A DNA stretch of 61,503 bases, taken from the NCBI GenBank assembly GCA_044356725.1, contig JBIKVS010000006.1, forward strand, positions 1 to 61,503, given 5' to 3'. A program made the translations under genes and the position numbers. Source of the DNA: Minisyncoccia bacterium (lineage in GTDB: Bacteria > Patescibacteriota > Minisyncoccia > SW-4-49-11). The notes under the pieces were generated by a model. The model did no database searches. It was not told where the DNA came from and saw only the letters and a program-made list of their open reading frames with translations. Below, one piece after another: positions 37,737-47,469 of the stretch (position 1 is the stretch's first letter; each line of letters begins with the position of its first letter).

Positions 37737-39017
37737 TTAGTTATCAATAATCGGAAGTCCCATAGGAGGATTGGCTTTTTTGGCTTGGACTCTCTTTAGA
37801 GTGGAGGTAGTAACTGAACCGCCTGGAAAATGAAATATGGTTGTCAATTCCTCTGTATTAAATATAAATTTAGTACTTGCAATTTTTCTTTTGATATAAT
37901 TATCTAATAATAAAATTTTTCTCAATCGCTCTAAACCTCTTTGAGGGCGATTAAAAAAATCTGATACTGATGGGATAGTATCATCATTTGGCTTGAATGA
38001 ATTCAAAGTAGAATCATTAAACTGTTGTAATGCCCCTAAGACTGATTTAACTGGAGCTGGATCAAATATTGATTTTGGAGCGACATATATTATTCTCAAT
38101 GCTGTCAAAAATCCTGGTTTAGTCATACTATATTCAATTGTCTCAATCATATTTTTATTCCCAGGAGTTAAATTTTGATCTATTCCAAACTTCTGTTCTT
38201 TTGGAGCCGGTGGCTTGGGTGCTGGGACTAATCCAAAAGAAATAAACTCTATTATTGGAGCTACATATTTATCCAAAAATGTTCTTTTATCTTCATTATC
38301 TCTGTCCAAAAGTTTATCTAGCTCTTTTTTACTAACTTTTGTCCAAGAATCATCAAGAGGTACTATTGGCAATTGCATCCATATTTGCTCATCAGGTTCA
38401 ATATTAGCCATTACCTCTAGAACCTGAGCTAAAGGATCATTAATTTGAGCATCAACATTAGGGTCTAAGAATTGTTGATAAGTTCTAATTGGATAAGCAT
38501 CATTTTTAGCCATACCTAATTCAACTCCAAATAGGTCATATTCTATCTCCAATTTATCATTATTATAGCCTTGCGTATAATCAGATACTTCTATAATTTC
38601 AACTTCAGGAAATGCTGCATATATTCCACTCTCTACCATTTTTCTATATTTAGTATGAGTTCTAATTAAAAAATGTAAATTACCTCCAATAGAAACTATC
38701 TCTAATGAGAACATATTTGGTAAAGCTCCTTCCACATTAGTCTCCCACCAAGAATAAGATGATTGACCGCCATTAAGAGTGGTCAAAAACTGTTCCATAG
38801 ATTTAGGCGTTTTCTCTTCACCTTTTTCTAATACAATTTCTAATAATACAAATTCTAAATTCTTAGATATCCAATTACCTCTGATATAATCATAATATAA
38901 TACTTTTAAAATTGTCCACAAAATTACAGGCAACCACAACCACCATGCCAAAGCTATAGCTTGAAACAGGAAGAATGGATTTTCTATTGATATGTATTGC
39001 CAAATATCACCAAACAT
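37737..39017 (-). CDS. Membrane protein partnered with the coupling-protein-like ATPase
   Basis: Two N-terminal TM helices, 426 aa, 12 nt upstream of the ATPase gene. No recognised motif. Confidence 0.5.
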   Translation of the reverse strand: MFGDIWQYISIENPFFLFQAIALAWWLWLPVILWTILKVLYYDYIRGNWISKNLEFVLLEIVLEKGEEKTPKSMEQFLTTLNGGQSSYSWWETNVEGALPNMFSLEIVSIGGNLHFLIRTHTKYRKMVESGIYAAFPEVEIIEVSDYTQGYNNDKLEIEYDLFGVELGMAKNDAYPIRTYQQFLDPNVDAQINDPLAQVLEVMANIEPDEQIWMQLPIVPLDDSWTKVSKKELDKLLDRDNEDKRTFLDKYVAPIIEFISFGLVPAPKPPAPKEQKFGIDQNLTPGNKNMIETIEYSMTKPGFLTALRIIYVAPKSIFDPAPVKSVLGALQQFNDSTLNSFKPNDDTIPSVSDFFNRPQRGLERLRKILLLDNYIKRKIASTKFIFNTEELTTIFHFPGGSVTTSTLKRVQAKKANPPMGLPIIDN

Positions 39018-39137
39018 AAATTTGTATATCTTATATTAATAAGTATATCAATTATTATATAGTTCGTCTACTAATTTTATATACCTAATATACATTGGTA
39101 AAGTTTAGTGAAAAAATTTCTACTTTATAATATATTG

Positions 39138-41171
39138 TTACTTTGTAGATTTAGCTAGTCGCTTAAGTAAGGCGTCTATACTTGGCTCTTGACCTCGAAA
39201 TCTTTTATACAAAATCATTGGATGCTCGGATCCTCCTTTAGATAATATATGCTCTCGGAATTTAGACCCAATTTCAGCATCTAGTATTTTCCCTTGCGAC
39301 AGGAAGTATTCAAAGGCATCAGCATCTAATAGTTCAGAATATTTATAGCTATAATATCCCGCTGAATAACCTCCATCAAAGATATGACTAAAGGCCGGGC
39401 TAATCAAAACTCCTTCTTCAGCTGGAAATAAAGCTGTACTTTGATTTACTTCCTCTTCTAGATTAGAGACGTCCACTGGACTAAACTCTCTAGTATTATA
39501 ATGCCAGGCTAAATCTAATCTACCCAATCTCACTTGTCTTACTGTAGCTGCAGCTTCATGGAAACTAGCAATGGATTGAATAATTTGTATATCTGAATCA
39601 GATAATGACTCCCCTGTTTGCCAATGTTTAGCTATAGATTTAAGTATATCTGTTTCATAAACCCAATTCTCCATCAATTGAGATGGTAATTCCACAAAAT
39701 CCCAATATACATTAGTTCCTGTCAAAGAGTTGTATGTTCCTTTACCTAATAGACCATGTAGCCCATGCCCAAATTCATGGAATAAAGTTAAAACTTCTTG
39801 TAAGGTCAAAAGAGAAGGAGTATCCCCCTGTGGACGACTAAAATTCATCACCAGTGAGATATGTGGGGTATAAACCTGATTGTCCTTAATATAAGCTAAT
39901 CTAAACTCAGTCATCCAGGCCCCAGATTTTTTACCTGACCGTGGATGGAAATCTAAATACAAAATTCCACTATGATCTCCATTAGCCTCTTGTACCTCAT
40001 ACACTTCTACTTCTGGATTATAAACTGGGATATCTGTTCGCTTAATAAATTTTATTCCATATAGTTGAGTAGCAATATTAAAGGCTCCTGCTAGGACTTG
40101 ATTCAATGGGAAATATTGTCTAATTTTCTCTTCATCAAAATTATATTTAGATTGCTTGATTTTATCAGTATAATAAGCATAATCATAAGCTCTAAACTCA
40201 TCTATTTCAGACTTTGCAAATTGAGAGACATCAGCTATTTCATCTTTAGCTTGTATGATTGCTTTATCTAATAGCTGATTGAGTAAATTTTCTACTTGAG
40301 CTGGAGTTTGTAACATTCGCTTTTCTAGGACATAATCAGCATGAGTCTCATAACCTAATAGCTGGGCTCTCTCCTGCCTCAAAGTAGCTATTTGTTTTAT
40401 TATTTCTCTATTATCATATTGATTATTCTGAGCTCCTCTGGTACTATAGGCCATAAACAATTCCTTTCTTAAAGCTCTATTTTGAGCATACTGCATAAAA
40501 GGAATATAGGATGGATAAGATAAATCTACAATCCATTGATTAGGATTATCTGGACTTTGGTATTGAGCTATGATTGAATCAGGTAACCCAGCTAAATCAG
40601 CCTTATCTGTAATTACTAATTTATAATTATTATTCTCAGCTAAAACATTTTGGCTAAATTTCTGAGATAAATTAGATATTTGTAAATTTATATCCCTTAG
40701 CTTTTGTTTAGATTCTTCATCTAAGAGTGCCCCATTCCTTGTAAAGAACTTATAAGTTTCTTCTAATAATGTCTTCTGTTCAGGAGTAGACAAATTTAAT
40801 TTATCTTTATTCTCATATACCTTTTTGACTTGAGAGAATAGTTTTTCATTAAGCGAAATATCATTCCAGAAATTTGTAGTAATTTCACTTAATTTCAGAA
40901 TCACTTCTTGTAATTCTGGATTAGTATCTGCTAAATCTAAATTCTCAGCCATACGATTAATATACTGCACTTCATAGGTAGCATATTCTAAAGCTTCTAT
41001 TGTATTAACAAAATCTGGTTCAAGAATCTGTTCAATAGTTTGAATTTTTTTCTTAGCAACTTGTATATGATATTCTATTGCCTCAATATAATGTGAGTTT
41101 TTAATCTCGCCAAAAGGAATGAAACCTTCAGGAGTATTAAATGAAAGGTCTATAAGAGTATTAGCATTCAT
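39138..41171 (-). CDS. M3-family zinc oligopeptidase (Dcp / oligopeptidase A-like)
   Basis: TLFHEFGHGLHG (HExxH) and a downstream E ligand region (VELPSQLMENW). Confidence 0.88.
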   Translation of the reverse strand: MNANTLIDLSFNTPEGFIPFGEIKNSHYIEAIEYHIQVAKKKIQTIEQILEPDFVNTIEALEYATYEVQYINRMAENLDLADTNPELQEVILKLSEITTNFWNDISLNEKLFSQVKKVYENKDKLNLSTPEQKTLLEETYKFFTRNGALLDEESKQKLRDINLQISNLSQKFSQNVLAENNNYKLVITDKADLAGLPDSIIAQYQSPDNPNQWIVDLSYPSYIPFMQYAQNRALRKELFMAYSTRGAQNNQYDNREIIKQIATLRQERAQLLGYETHADYVLEKRMLQTPAQVENLLNQLLDKAIIQAKDEIADVSQFAKSEIDEFRAYDYAYYTDKIKQSKYNFDEEKIRQYFPLNQVLAGAFNIATQLYGIKFIKRTDIPVYNPEVEVYEVQEANGDHSGILYLDFHPRSGKKSGAWMTEFRLAYIKDNQVYTPHISLVMNFSRPQGDTPSLLTLQEVLTLFHEFGHGLHGLLGKGTYNSLTGTNVYWDFVELPSQLMENWVYETDILKSIAKHWQTGESLSDSDIQIIQSIASFHEAAATVRQVRLGRLDLAWHYNTREFSPVDVSNLEEEVNQSTALFPAEEGVLISPAFSHIFDGGYSAGYYSYKYSELLDADAFEYFLSQGKILDAEIGSKFREHILSKGGSEHPMILYKRFRGQEPSIDALLKRLAKSTK

Positions 41172-41186
41172 AATATTTTGGAAATT

Positions 41187-41759
41187 TTATATTCTAATAG
41201 ACACTATTTCCCAATTAATAGCATTGAGATAAGTTTGTACATAGTCAGCTTTAGTAGCTGGCGCATAGTCTACCATAAAGGCGTGCTCCCACAAGTCAAT
41301 TACAAATACAATTGGAAGCCCTGCCAAATGCCCAAGTTCATGATCGGCAACCCAAGCATTAATTAAACTATTATTCTCGGCATCATAATAAGTAATAACC
41401 CAACCAATACCTCGCATACTGGCTAACCTTTTTAAGTCTGCAATATAGGAGTCAAAAGAACCAAATTGTGTTTGGATTAATTGCCCTAGTTTAGAGTTCA
41501 TATCCAAAGACTTTGACCCATCAGATAATTGTGAGAAATAATACTCATGCAATCTCATCCCATCGAATTCAAAACCTAATCTTCTCTGTAATTCTGAGAC
41601 TAATACTGCATCTTCTCCCGACTTAAGAGTATTAATTTTATCTAATAGAAGATTAGTGTTTTTGACATATCCAGCATATAGACCTAAGTGTAGAGTAATT
41701 TGTGTTTCAGATAAACCAGTATTATTAGGAATATTGAATGATTTTTCTATATAAGACAT
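41187..41759 (-). CDS. Fe/Mn superoxide dismutase family protein (divergent N-terminal helix)
   Basis: C-terminal DLWEHAF motif and upstream His candidates (LHLG, LHEYYF). The usual HHxKHH region is replaced by LHLGLYAGYV. Confidence 0.65.
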   Translation of the reverse strand: MSYIEKSFNIPNNTGLSETQITLHLGLYAGYVKNTNLLLDKINTLKSGEDAVLVSELQRRLGFEFDGMRLHEYYFSQLSDGSKSLDMNSKLGQLIQTQFGSFDSYIADLKRLASMRGIGWVITYYDAENNSLINAWVADHELGHLAGLPIVFVIDLWEHAFMVDYAPATKADYVQTYLNAINWEIVSIRI

Positions 41760-41791
41760 ATTATTAAAAGTTAGTTTATAAATTTATTATA

Positions 41792-42391
41792 CTATACTTT
41801 ACCTAAAATATCTAATAACTTTACCATCACCTGCTTAGTAGCTCTAATATCCCCAAGAGCCGTGTGAGCTTCATAATCTTTAATATCTAGAACATCCGTT
41901 AAGCCACCTGGATTAGAAAGTGAGGTAGACTTAAACATAGGTTCTTGCCCTTTGCGAGTTTGTAATAAATTAATAGTATTAGCTAACACTTTAGTATCAA
42001 TCACATTATGCCCAATTAACTCCTTCCAAAATAGTTTATCTTTATCCACAGTACCAAAAATATAATTAAGATAGGCAAAATCCATAGTAATAAAATGTGC
42101 AAATAAAATAGGTTTGTCTTCAAAATGTTTTTTTACAAATTTAGTTATCTGATTTACTAAATTTTTATAAGAAACTCCCTCCGCCTCAACTTTTTCTAAA
42201 TCTAATTTATTAATAGCCATTGATTCTTTGGTAATTTCAAATCCTGCTGGAACTTGTACCAAAGTCTGATAATGAGATATTTCTTTTAAGTTCTCATCCA
42301 GGACAATCATTGCTAGCTCTATCAATGCATTTTTATGCGGATGTTGCCCAGTAAACTCTGCGTCTATACCTAAATATACTCCTTTTTTCAT
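41792..42391 (-). CDS. DEDDh 3'-5' exonuclease (DnaQ-like fold)
   Basis: Exo I (GIDAEFTG), Exo II (MDFAYL) and Exo III (HTALGDIRAT). Confidence 0.75.
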   Translation of the reverse strand: MKKGVYLGIDAEFTGQHPHKNALIELAMIVLDENLKEISHYQTLVQVPAGFEITKESMAINKLDLEKVEAEGVSYKNLVNQITKFVKKHFEDKPILFAHFITMDFAYLNYIFGTVDKDKLFWKELIGHNVIDTKVLANTINLLQTRKGQEPMFKSTSLSNPGGLTDVLDIKDYEAHTALGDIRATKQVMVKLLDILGKV

Positions 42392-43098
42392 AATGTATTT
42401 ATAAAATTAATAAGAATTTGTGAAGCTAAGATTTCTTTTTCTTCAGTAGTGTCTAATTTATGCTTTGCATATTCTGGATATAACTGCATTCTTTCAGAAT
42501 GTTCTTTAACATTTAATTCCGGATGTAATTGAAATCCGTAAATATTAGATTTATACTTAAAACCTTGTATTGGACATCTCTCAGAATATGCTAAAATTTC
42601 AGCTCCTTGAGGTAGGGTTAAAACTGAAGATTTATGACTTACAATACCATAAAACTCATCAGGCAAAGATGTTAAAAGTGGGTCTTCTTTCCCAGTCTCA
42701 GTTAGCATAATTTTTGCAATCCCAGACTCGGCCATATTAGAATCAGTTACGATACTTCCCCCCAATAAGTCAGCTAAAACTTGGTGCCCAAAACAAATGC
42801 CCAAAGTTGGAACGGATTGTGATTGTATATGTTGAATTACAGGGTTAATTTTATCTAACATATAATTCAAATTATCAACTTTATGAGATTCATAATCCTC
42901 ATAACCTCCCTCGCCTAAACCCCCCAATATAACAGCTTTTGCTACCTTTAATTTATCCAAAATCATTTCAGTTGTGATAAAGGGAGACATCACATTCATA
43001 AAAAGAAAGTCATTATAACTTTTATCTACGCTATCATAGATACATTTTATCTCATGCCAACCAGATTGATCCGTTCTAAATTGTAAGACTAGAATCAT
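42388..43098 (-). CDS. Class I glutamine amidotransferase-like protein
   Basis: LGICFGHQVL nucleophile elbow, FQLHPE. The ORF track start at 43146 adds a hydrophobic AT-rich extension; MILVLQF at 43098 is the more likely start. Confidence 0.7.
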   Translation of the reverse strand: MILVLQFRTDQSGWHEIKCIYDSVDKSYNDFLFMNVMSPFITTEMILDKLKVAKAVILGGLGEGGYEDYESHKVDNLNYMLDKINPVIQHIQSQSVPTLGICFGHQVLADLLGGSIVTDSNMAESGIAKIMLTETGKEDPLLTSLPDEFYGIVSHKSSVLTLPQGAEILAYSERCPIQGFKYKSNIYGFQLHPELNVKEHSERMQLYPEYAKHKLDTTEEKEILASQILINFINTL

Positions 43099-43196
43099 TA
43101 TATATAGTTTAATTATAAAAATTATAGCATAAATGATATAAAACAAAAACCCTCAAAATAAATGAGAGTCTTTGTCAAATAAAGCTAGATTGTAAT

Positions 43197-43595
43197 TTAT
43201 TTAACTACAACTGTTGCTCCAGCTTCTTGTAACTTGGTCTTAAGTTCATCAGCATCTGCTTTTGAAACTCCTTCTTTTACAGCTTTAGGAGCTGCATCTA
43301 CGATGTCTTTAGCTTCTTTCAATCCAAGTCCAGTAGCTTCTTTAACTACTTTAATAACTTGAATTTTTGAGCTTCCAGCATCTTCGATGATAACATCAAA
43401 AGCTGATTTTTCTTCAGCTGCTGGAGCATCTCCGGCTACTGGAGCGGCTACACCTACTGCTACTGGAGCAGCTGCTGATACTCCTAGAACTTCTTCTAAC
43501 ACTTTTACAAGTTCAGATAGTTCAATAACGCTAAAATTCTTGATTTCATCAACAATCTTTTCAAATTTTTCTGGTACTACGAATCCTTCTGACAT
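43197..43595 (-). CDS. rplL: Ribosomal protein L7/L12
   Basis: Ala/Val-rich hinge, [24 protein letters not shown]. Confidence 0.93.
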   Translation of the reverse strand: MSEGFVVPEKFEKIVDEIKNFSVIELSELVKVLEEVLGVSAAAPVAVGVAAPVAGDAPAAEEKSAFDVIIEDAGSSKIQVIKVVKEATGLGLKEAKDIVDAAPKAVKEGVSKADADELKTKLQEAGATVVVK

Positions 43596-43615
43596 AATTA
43601 TTATACTTAAATTAA

Positions 43616-44140
43616 TTATTTGGTGTCTCTATAAGCTGATAAAACAGTTACGAGACCACGAGCTACTCCTGAGGTTACTTGCAAGAATTGAGTCATAGGA
43701 GCTGCAATAGTTCCTACTACTTGAGCTTGAAGTTGTTCCTTAGAAGGTAATTTAGCAAGAGTTGTTACTTGTTCTGGTACAAGATATTTACCATCTAATA
43801 ATCCTCCTACTAAAGTAAAAGTATTCTTAGGTGCTGATTTAGAGAAATCATTAATTACTTTTGCTCCAAAAACTGGATCATTAGCAAAGACAACTCCCAG
43901 ATTTCCTGGTAATTGATCAGATAAAGAAAGACTAACACCTGTATTTTGTAAAGCTTTATTGAATAAAGTTTTCTTTACAACTTTATAGGTAGCTCCTTCT
44001 TCTCTTAACTTAGTTCTAAGTCCCTGTAAAGCAGAAACACTAGATCCTTGAAAATCAGTAAAGACCATACCTTGTGCAGAAGCAATAGTATCTTGCAATT
44101 CTTGCAACATTTCTTTTTTGCGTGATTTTGTTAACGCCAT
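43616..44140 (-). CDS. rplJ: Ribosomal protein L10
   Basis: Likely start is [10 protein letters not shown] at 44140; the ORF track extends to 44200 through the leader. Typical L10 sequence. Confidence 0.88.
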   Translation of the reverse strand: MALTKSRKKEMLQELQDTIASAQGMVFTDFQGSSVSALQGLRTKLREEGATYKVVKKTLFNKALQNTGVSLSLSDQLPGNLGVVFANDPVFGAKVINDFSKSAPKNTFTLVGGLLDGKYLVPEQVTTLAKLPSKEQLQAQVVGTIAAPMTQFLQVTSGVARGLVTVLSAYRDTK

Positions 44141-44316
44141 AATAGTATTATCTATATAATTTAACAAAAAAGCTCGACCTTTAGCCGAGACATCGTACAA
44201 ATAAAGTGAAATAATTTCACTGATTTGCCTACATAAGACTTCTGTGTAAACACTGCTTATGGTCTCTGGCTTGTAGCTTTGTATATAATAATAGCATAAG
44301 ATATATGTTTAGTCAA
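44141..44316 (-). promoter_or_regulatory. rplJ promoter (TTGACT-17 nt-TATTAT at 44316-44288) and structured 5' leader (candidate L10-leader-type autoregulatory element)
   Basis: Roughly 140-nt leader with hairpins (agtgaaat-aa-tttcact; ctcggc-taaag-gtcgag followed by cttttttg) before the ATG. Family identity not verified. Confidence 0.4.
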
Positions 44317-44350
44317 TATTTTGTACTAGATGAGATGATCGTAGACAAAT

Positions 44351-44697
44351 TATTAATTGTGAATGGTGAATTGGGAGTTGTGCTTCTGTCTCCATTCCAT
44401 CCCTACGGGAGGCAGGCGGAGGGAGTACCCGTAGGGGGAGGGTGGATAATGCTTAAAATACTGAAATAAACTCTTGTTTGTATTAATATTACAATCTATC
44501 CACCACCGGCACTCCGTGCCACCTCCTCCAAAGGAGGACAAAATACTCCACCCCCGACCGTCACAAATGGGATTTGCTCCTGTAAAATCTCACAGGTTTG
44601 GCCAACCTTCTGCCACGGGAAAACTACCGTTTTCCCGACCCCTTTCCCAAAGGCTAAAGCCCTTTTTTCAGGTACTTCCTCATAAGGGTGACAAAAA
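44351..44697. repeat. G+C-rich mosaic repeat locus R5 (heptamers, module C inverted, module D inverted with AT-rich spacer, module A)
   Basis: ttaattg|tgaatgg|tgaattg heptamers. 44387-44436 is the reverse complement of 15951-15997. 44441-44540 is the reverse complement of 59886-59996. 44564-44672 matches 15851-15953. Confidence 0.85.
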
Positions 44698-44740
44698 AAC
44701 AATATCCATAAGATTTATAGTTAAAATTCATACATCAATA

Positions 44741-44769
44741 AAACAAAAAGCACCTATTATATAGATGCC
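44741..44769 (-). terminator. Terminator after the Hsp20 gene
   Basis: Minus strand: ggcatctat-ata-ataggtgc (one mismatch) followed by tttttgttttatt. Confidence 0.55.
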
Positions 44770-44785
44770 TTTTGTGAAAATTTGA

Positions 44786-45310
44786 TTATTTGATAGGAAT
44801 CTTCTTAATCTTGACTTTTTCTGATTTTGGTAAGGTGATTGTTAACACTCCATCTTTCAGTTCAGCGGCTGATTTCTCAGCATCTACGTCAATTGGTAAG
44901 ATGACTGAACGAGAGAATGGACCCCAATAACATTCTTGATAAAAGTAATTTTCTTGTTTCACTTTTACTGAATTTTTCCTTGTCCCAGAAATAGTGACCA
45001 TATCATTAGTGATAGATACATCTAAATCTTTGGCGGTAACTCCAGCAATTGTAGATACAATTACGATATCATTATCTGTTTGATAAACATCAATAGTTAA
45101 TGCTCCTTCTATCAATTCATCATCTGCTTGGAATGTAGCTTGAGTAGAAATTTTAGTATCAGTAACATATTCATCTATTGATGCAGAATCTGAGTCCATA
45201 TCTGATACTCCTGAGAATCTGCTTCTTAAGTCATCTTGGATGTCTTCTTCTATTACTGGTTGTTCTTCAAAATCTACAGCTCCTGTTAATTTTCTTAAAA
45301 TACTAGACAT
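44786..45310 (-). CDS. Small heat-shock protein (Hsp20/alpha-crystallin)
   Basis: Alpha-crystallin domain (DVYQTDNDIVIVSTIAGV...SAELKDGVLTITLPK). Confidence 0.85.
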   Translation of the reverse strand: MSSILRKLTGAVDFEEQPVIEEDIQDDLRSRFSGVSDMDSDSASIDEYVTDTKISTQATFQADDELIEGALTIDVYQTDNDIVIVSTIAGVTAKDLDVSITNDMVTISGTRKNSVKVKQENYFYQECYWGPFSRSVILPIDVDAEKSAAELKDGVLTITLPKSEKVKIKKIPIK

Positions 45311-45394
45311 AATTTTTAAATGAATTGTTATATAAACTATTGCATTAACAATATAATAACAAATATCGAAAAAAAAAGCAAGAGTTTATGATAC

Positions 45395-46534
45395 TTATGA
45401 TTGCAAAACTTCTAAAATTTTATTATTCAACTCTTGTCCAGCTGTATTAATATCTTTATCAGAGGCATAATTATAAACTAATACCCCTTCATTATAATCG
45501 CCTTCCAAAGTTGTTTGTAAATTACTCATATCTAAATTAGGCATATTCAGATATCCTTGCTTGCTACTTTTAGCATTATCTACTACTATATGCAGACCTA
45601 TTATATCTTTAGGTAAATATTTAAATAACTCTCTATATATAATGATTATATCTTGTTCCGTTGTATTAGTTTTACTAAAATCATGAGTAAACAATTTTGA
45701 ATAAGCATATCTAGCATTTTGACCCGATCGTTCAAAGTTAATAAATTCAAGATGAGCTAATATTCTACCTATTAAAAGTCTATGGTTGTCTGTGATAATT
45801 GATTCTAGTGACTGTATTATAACTTCATAATCATTTGGCAATTCTCTTAATTTAATAATTGTTTTCTCTAAAGATAGATTTTTAGTATTGGATAAAATTA
45901 AAGATAGTAGTAATCCATTAATAATATTTTTATCAGTCAAACTATGCCTTGAATATACTTTTAGATATTCAAAAACAATCTCAGCACTAGATAAATATTT
46001 ATTTTCAACAATTGTTCTCTCTGAATATGGGTGAGGTATATCTACTGCTGAAACTGCGATAGATGGAGTTTCTAAAAATATATGTGGATATTGTAAAAAA
46101 GCACTACCTAATTGAGTCCAGTTCTTGGTGTCTAAAGTAAGAATTAAATCATAAGGATATTGACCTGGTTGAATAGAAACTAAATCTGAGTTAAATTTAT
46201 CTGAAGGAGAATGTAAATAAATTCTAAGCTGAGAATCGGTAGTATCATATTTTATAGATTCTATAGGATATTGAGAAGTATCTATACTAATAACAGACTC
46301 TATTGTAGATTGAATTACTGAACTAATAGCTGATAAGTCTAAGGATGGTAGTGAATTTTGCAAATGGATATACGATGACAAAATAGTTACATTTTTACCT
46401 TCTGATTTTAAAAAGGCAGCAATAGCTAAAGCTGACCCTAATATTTCTGCTCCGTGTATTTCTGGAATTGGAATCAGAATGGAATTAGAATCTTTTAGGG
46501 TATTATGTATTAACTCTAAATTCTTATCAGTCAT
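45395..46534 (-). CDS. DHH/NrnA-like protein with degenerate catalytic motifs
   Basis: Overall layout resembles DHH-DHHA1 proteins (IPEIHGAEILGSALAIAAFLK), but the DxD and DHH motifs are not intact. Confidence 0.35.
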   Translation of the reverse strand: MTDKNLELIHNTLKDSNSILIPIPEIHGAEILGSALAIAAFLKSEGKNVTILSSYIHLQNSLPSLDLSAISSVIQSTIESVISIDTSQYPIESIKYDTTDSQLRIYLHSPSDKFNSDLVSIQPGQYPYDLILTLDTKNWTQLGSAFLQYPHIFLETPSIAVSAVDIPHPYSERTIVENKYLSSAEIVFEYLKVYSRHSLTDKNIINGLLLSLILSNTKNLSLEKTIIKLRELPNDYEVIIQSLESIITDNHRLLIGRILAHLEFINFERSGQNARYAYSKLFTHDFSKTNTTEQDIIIIYRELFKYLPKDIIGLHIVVDNAKSSKQGYLNMPNLDMSNLQTTLEGDYNEGVLVYNYASDKDINTAGQELNNKILEVLQS

Positions 46535-46549
46535 ATGGAATGGATATGA

Positions 46550-47467
46550 TTAAGATTGTTTATACCACATTTTATAGAATACTACTAGCAGTGGTGAGGC
46601 GATGAAAATAGATGAATAAGTACCAAATAATATACCTAAGAATAATGCTAAAGCAAAATATTGTACAGATGCTCCTCCATATAAGAATATACCACCTAGT
46701 ACTACTAATAATGTTAAAGAGGTGTTGATGGAACGAGCTAAACTCTGGTCAATACTTTTGCCTACAGTTTCCTCAAAGTTATCTCCACCATATTTTCTCA
46801 CATTTTCTCTTACTCTATCGAATATCACAATAGTATCATTGACTGATGATCCTAAAATGGATAATAGTGCGATTATAAATAGAATATCTATTTGTAGGAT
46901 ACCTCTAGATGATAAATAGGCAAAGATAGCTGTTGGGATTATAATATCATGAACTAATGCCACAATAGCAGTAAATCCATAAAATCGTGATGGTACTGGA
47001 TAGGATACTCCTCTGAAGACATAAGTCATAAATAATATAATAGTAATCAAAACCACTATAATCGCTATTAATGCTCTGTTTTTTAATTCTTCTCCTACAG
47101 TTGAGCTAATTAAAACATTAGATTTCTCTTTAACAATATCTGCTTTTGAGATATCTTCGGTATCATATTTTAGTGCTATAGCTTCCTTTAATTTAGTATA
47201 ATCCTCTTCATTTATGGCTTCTAACTCTATTTTGAAAGTATTGTCATTCTTAGTTACTGAGCGTGGTTTTTGACCATTATCTATTAACGCCTGTTTTAAA
47301 TCCTCACTGGATAAATCTGGCTGACTGGTAATTTCCCAATCTAGAGTTCTTCCTCCTACAAAATCTGGCCCTAATTTTAAACCAAATACTGCTATGCTAG
47401 CAATAGAGGCTATAATCATAGCTAGTCCTAGTATTAACCATATTTTAGTATATTTGATAATCCACAT
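46550..47467 (-). CDS. secF: Protein translocase subunit SecF
   Basis: Six TM segments, typical SecF motifs (GLKLGPDFVGG, NDTIVIFDRVREN). Confidence 0.9.
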   Translation of the reverse strand: MWIIKYTKIWLILGLAMIIASIASIAVFGLKLGPDFVGGRTLDWEITSQPDLSSEDLKQALIDNGQKPRSVTKNDNTFKIELEAINEEDYTKLKEAIALKYDTEDISKADIVKEKSNVLISSTVGEELKNRALIAIIVVLITIILFMTYVFRGVSYPVPSRFYGFTAIVALVHDIIIPTAIFAYLSSRGILQIDILFIIALLSILGSSVNDTIVIFDRVRENVRKYGGDNFEETVGKSIDQSLARSINTSLTLLVVLGGIFLYGGASVQYFALALFLGILFGTYSSIFIASPLLVVFYKMWYKQS

Positions 47468-47469
47468 AA

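Noticed and set aside
44402-44415. The 14-nt string CCTACGGGAGGCAG is identical to the core of the universal 16S rRNA 341F primer site, suggesting an rRNA fragment.
   Set aside because: The flanking sequence shows no further resemblance to 16S rRNA. The string is part of repeat module C (also present in diverged form at 15971-15984 in inverted orientation). Treated as coincidence, though it could mis-prime amplicon PCR.
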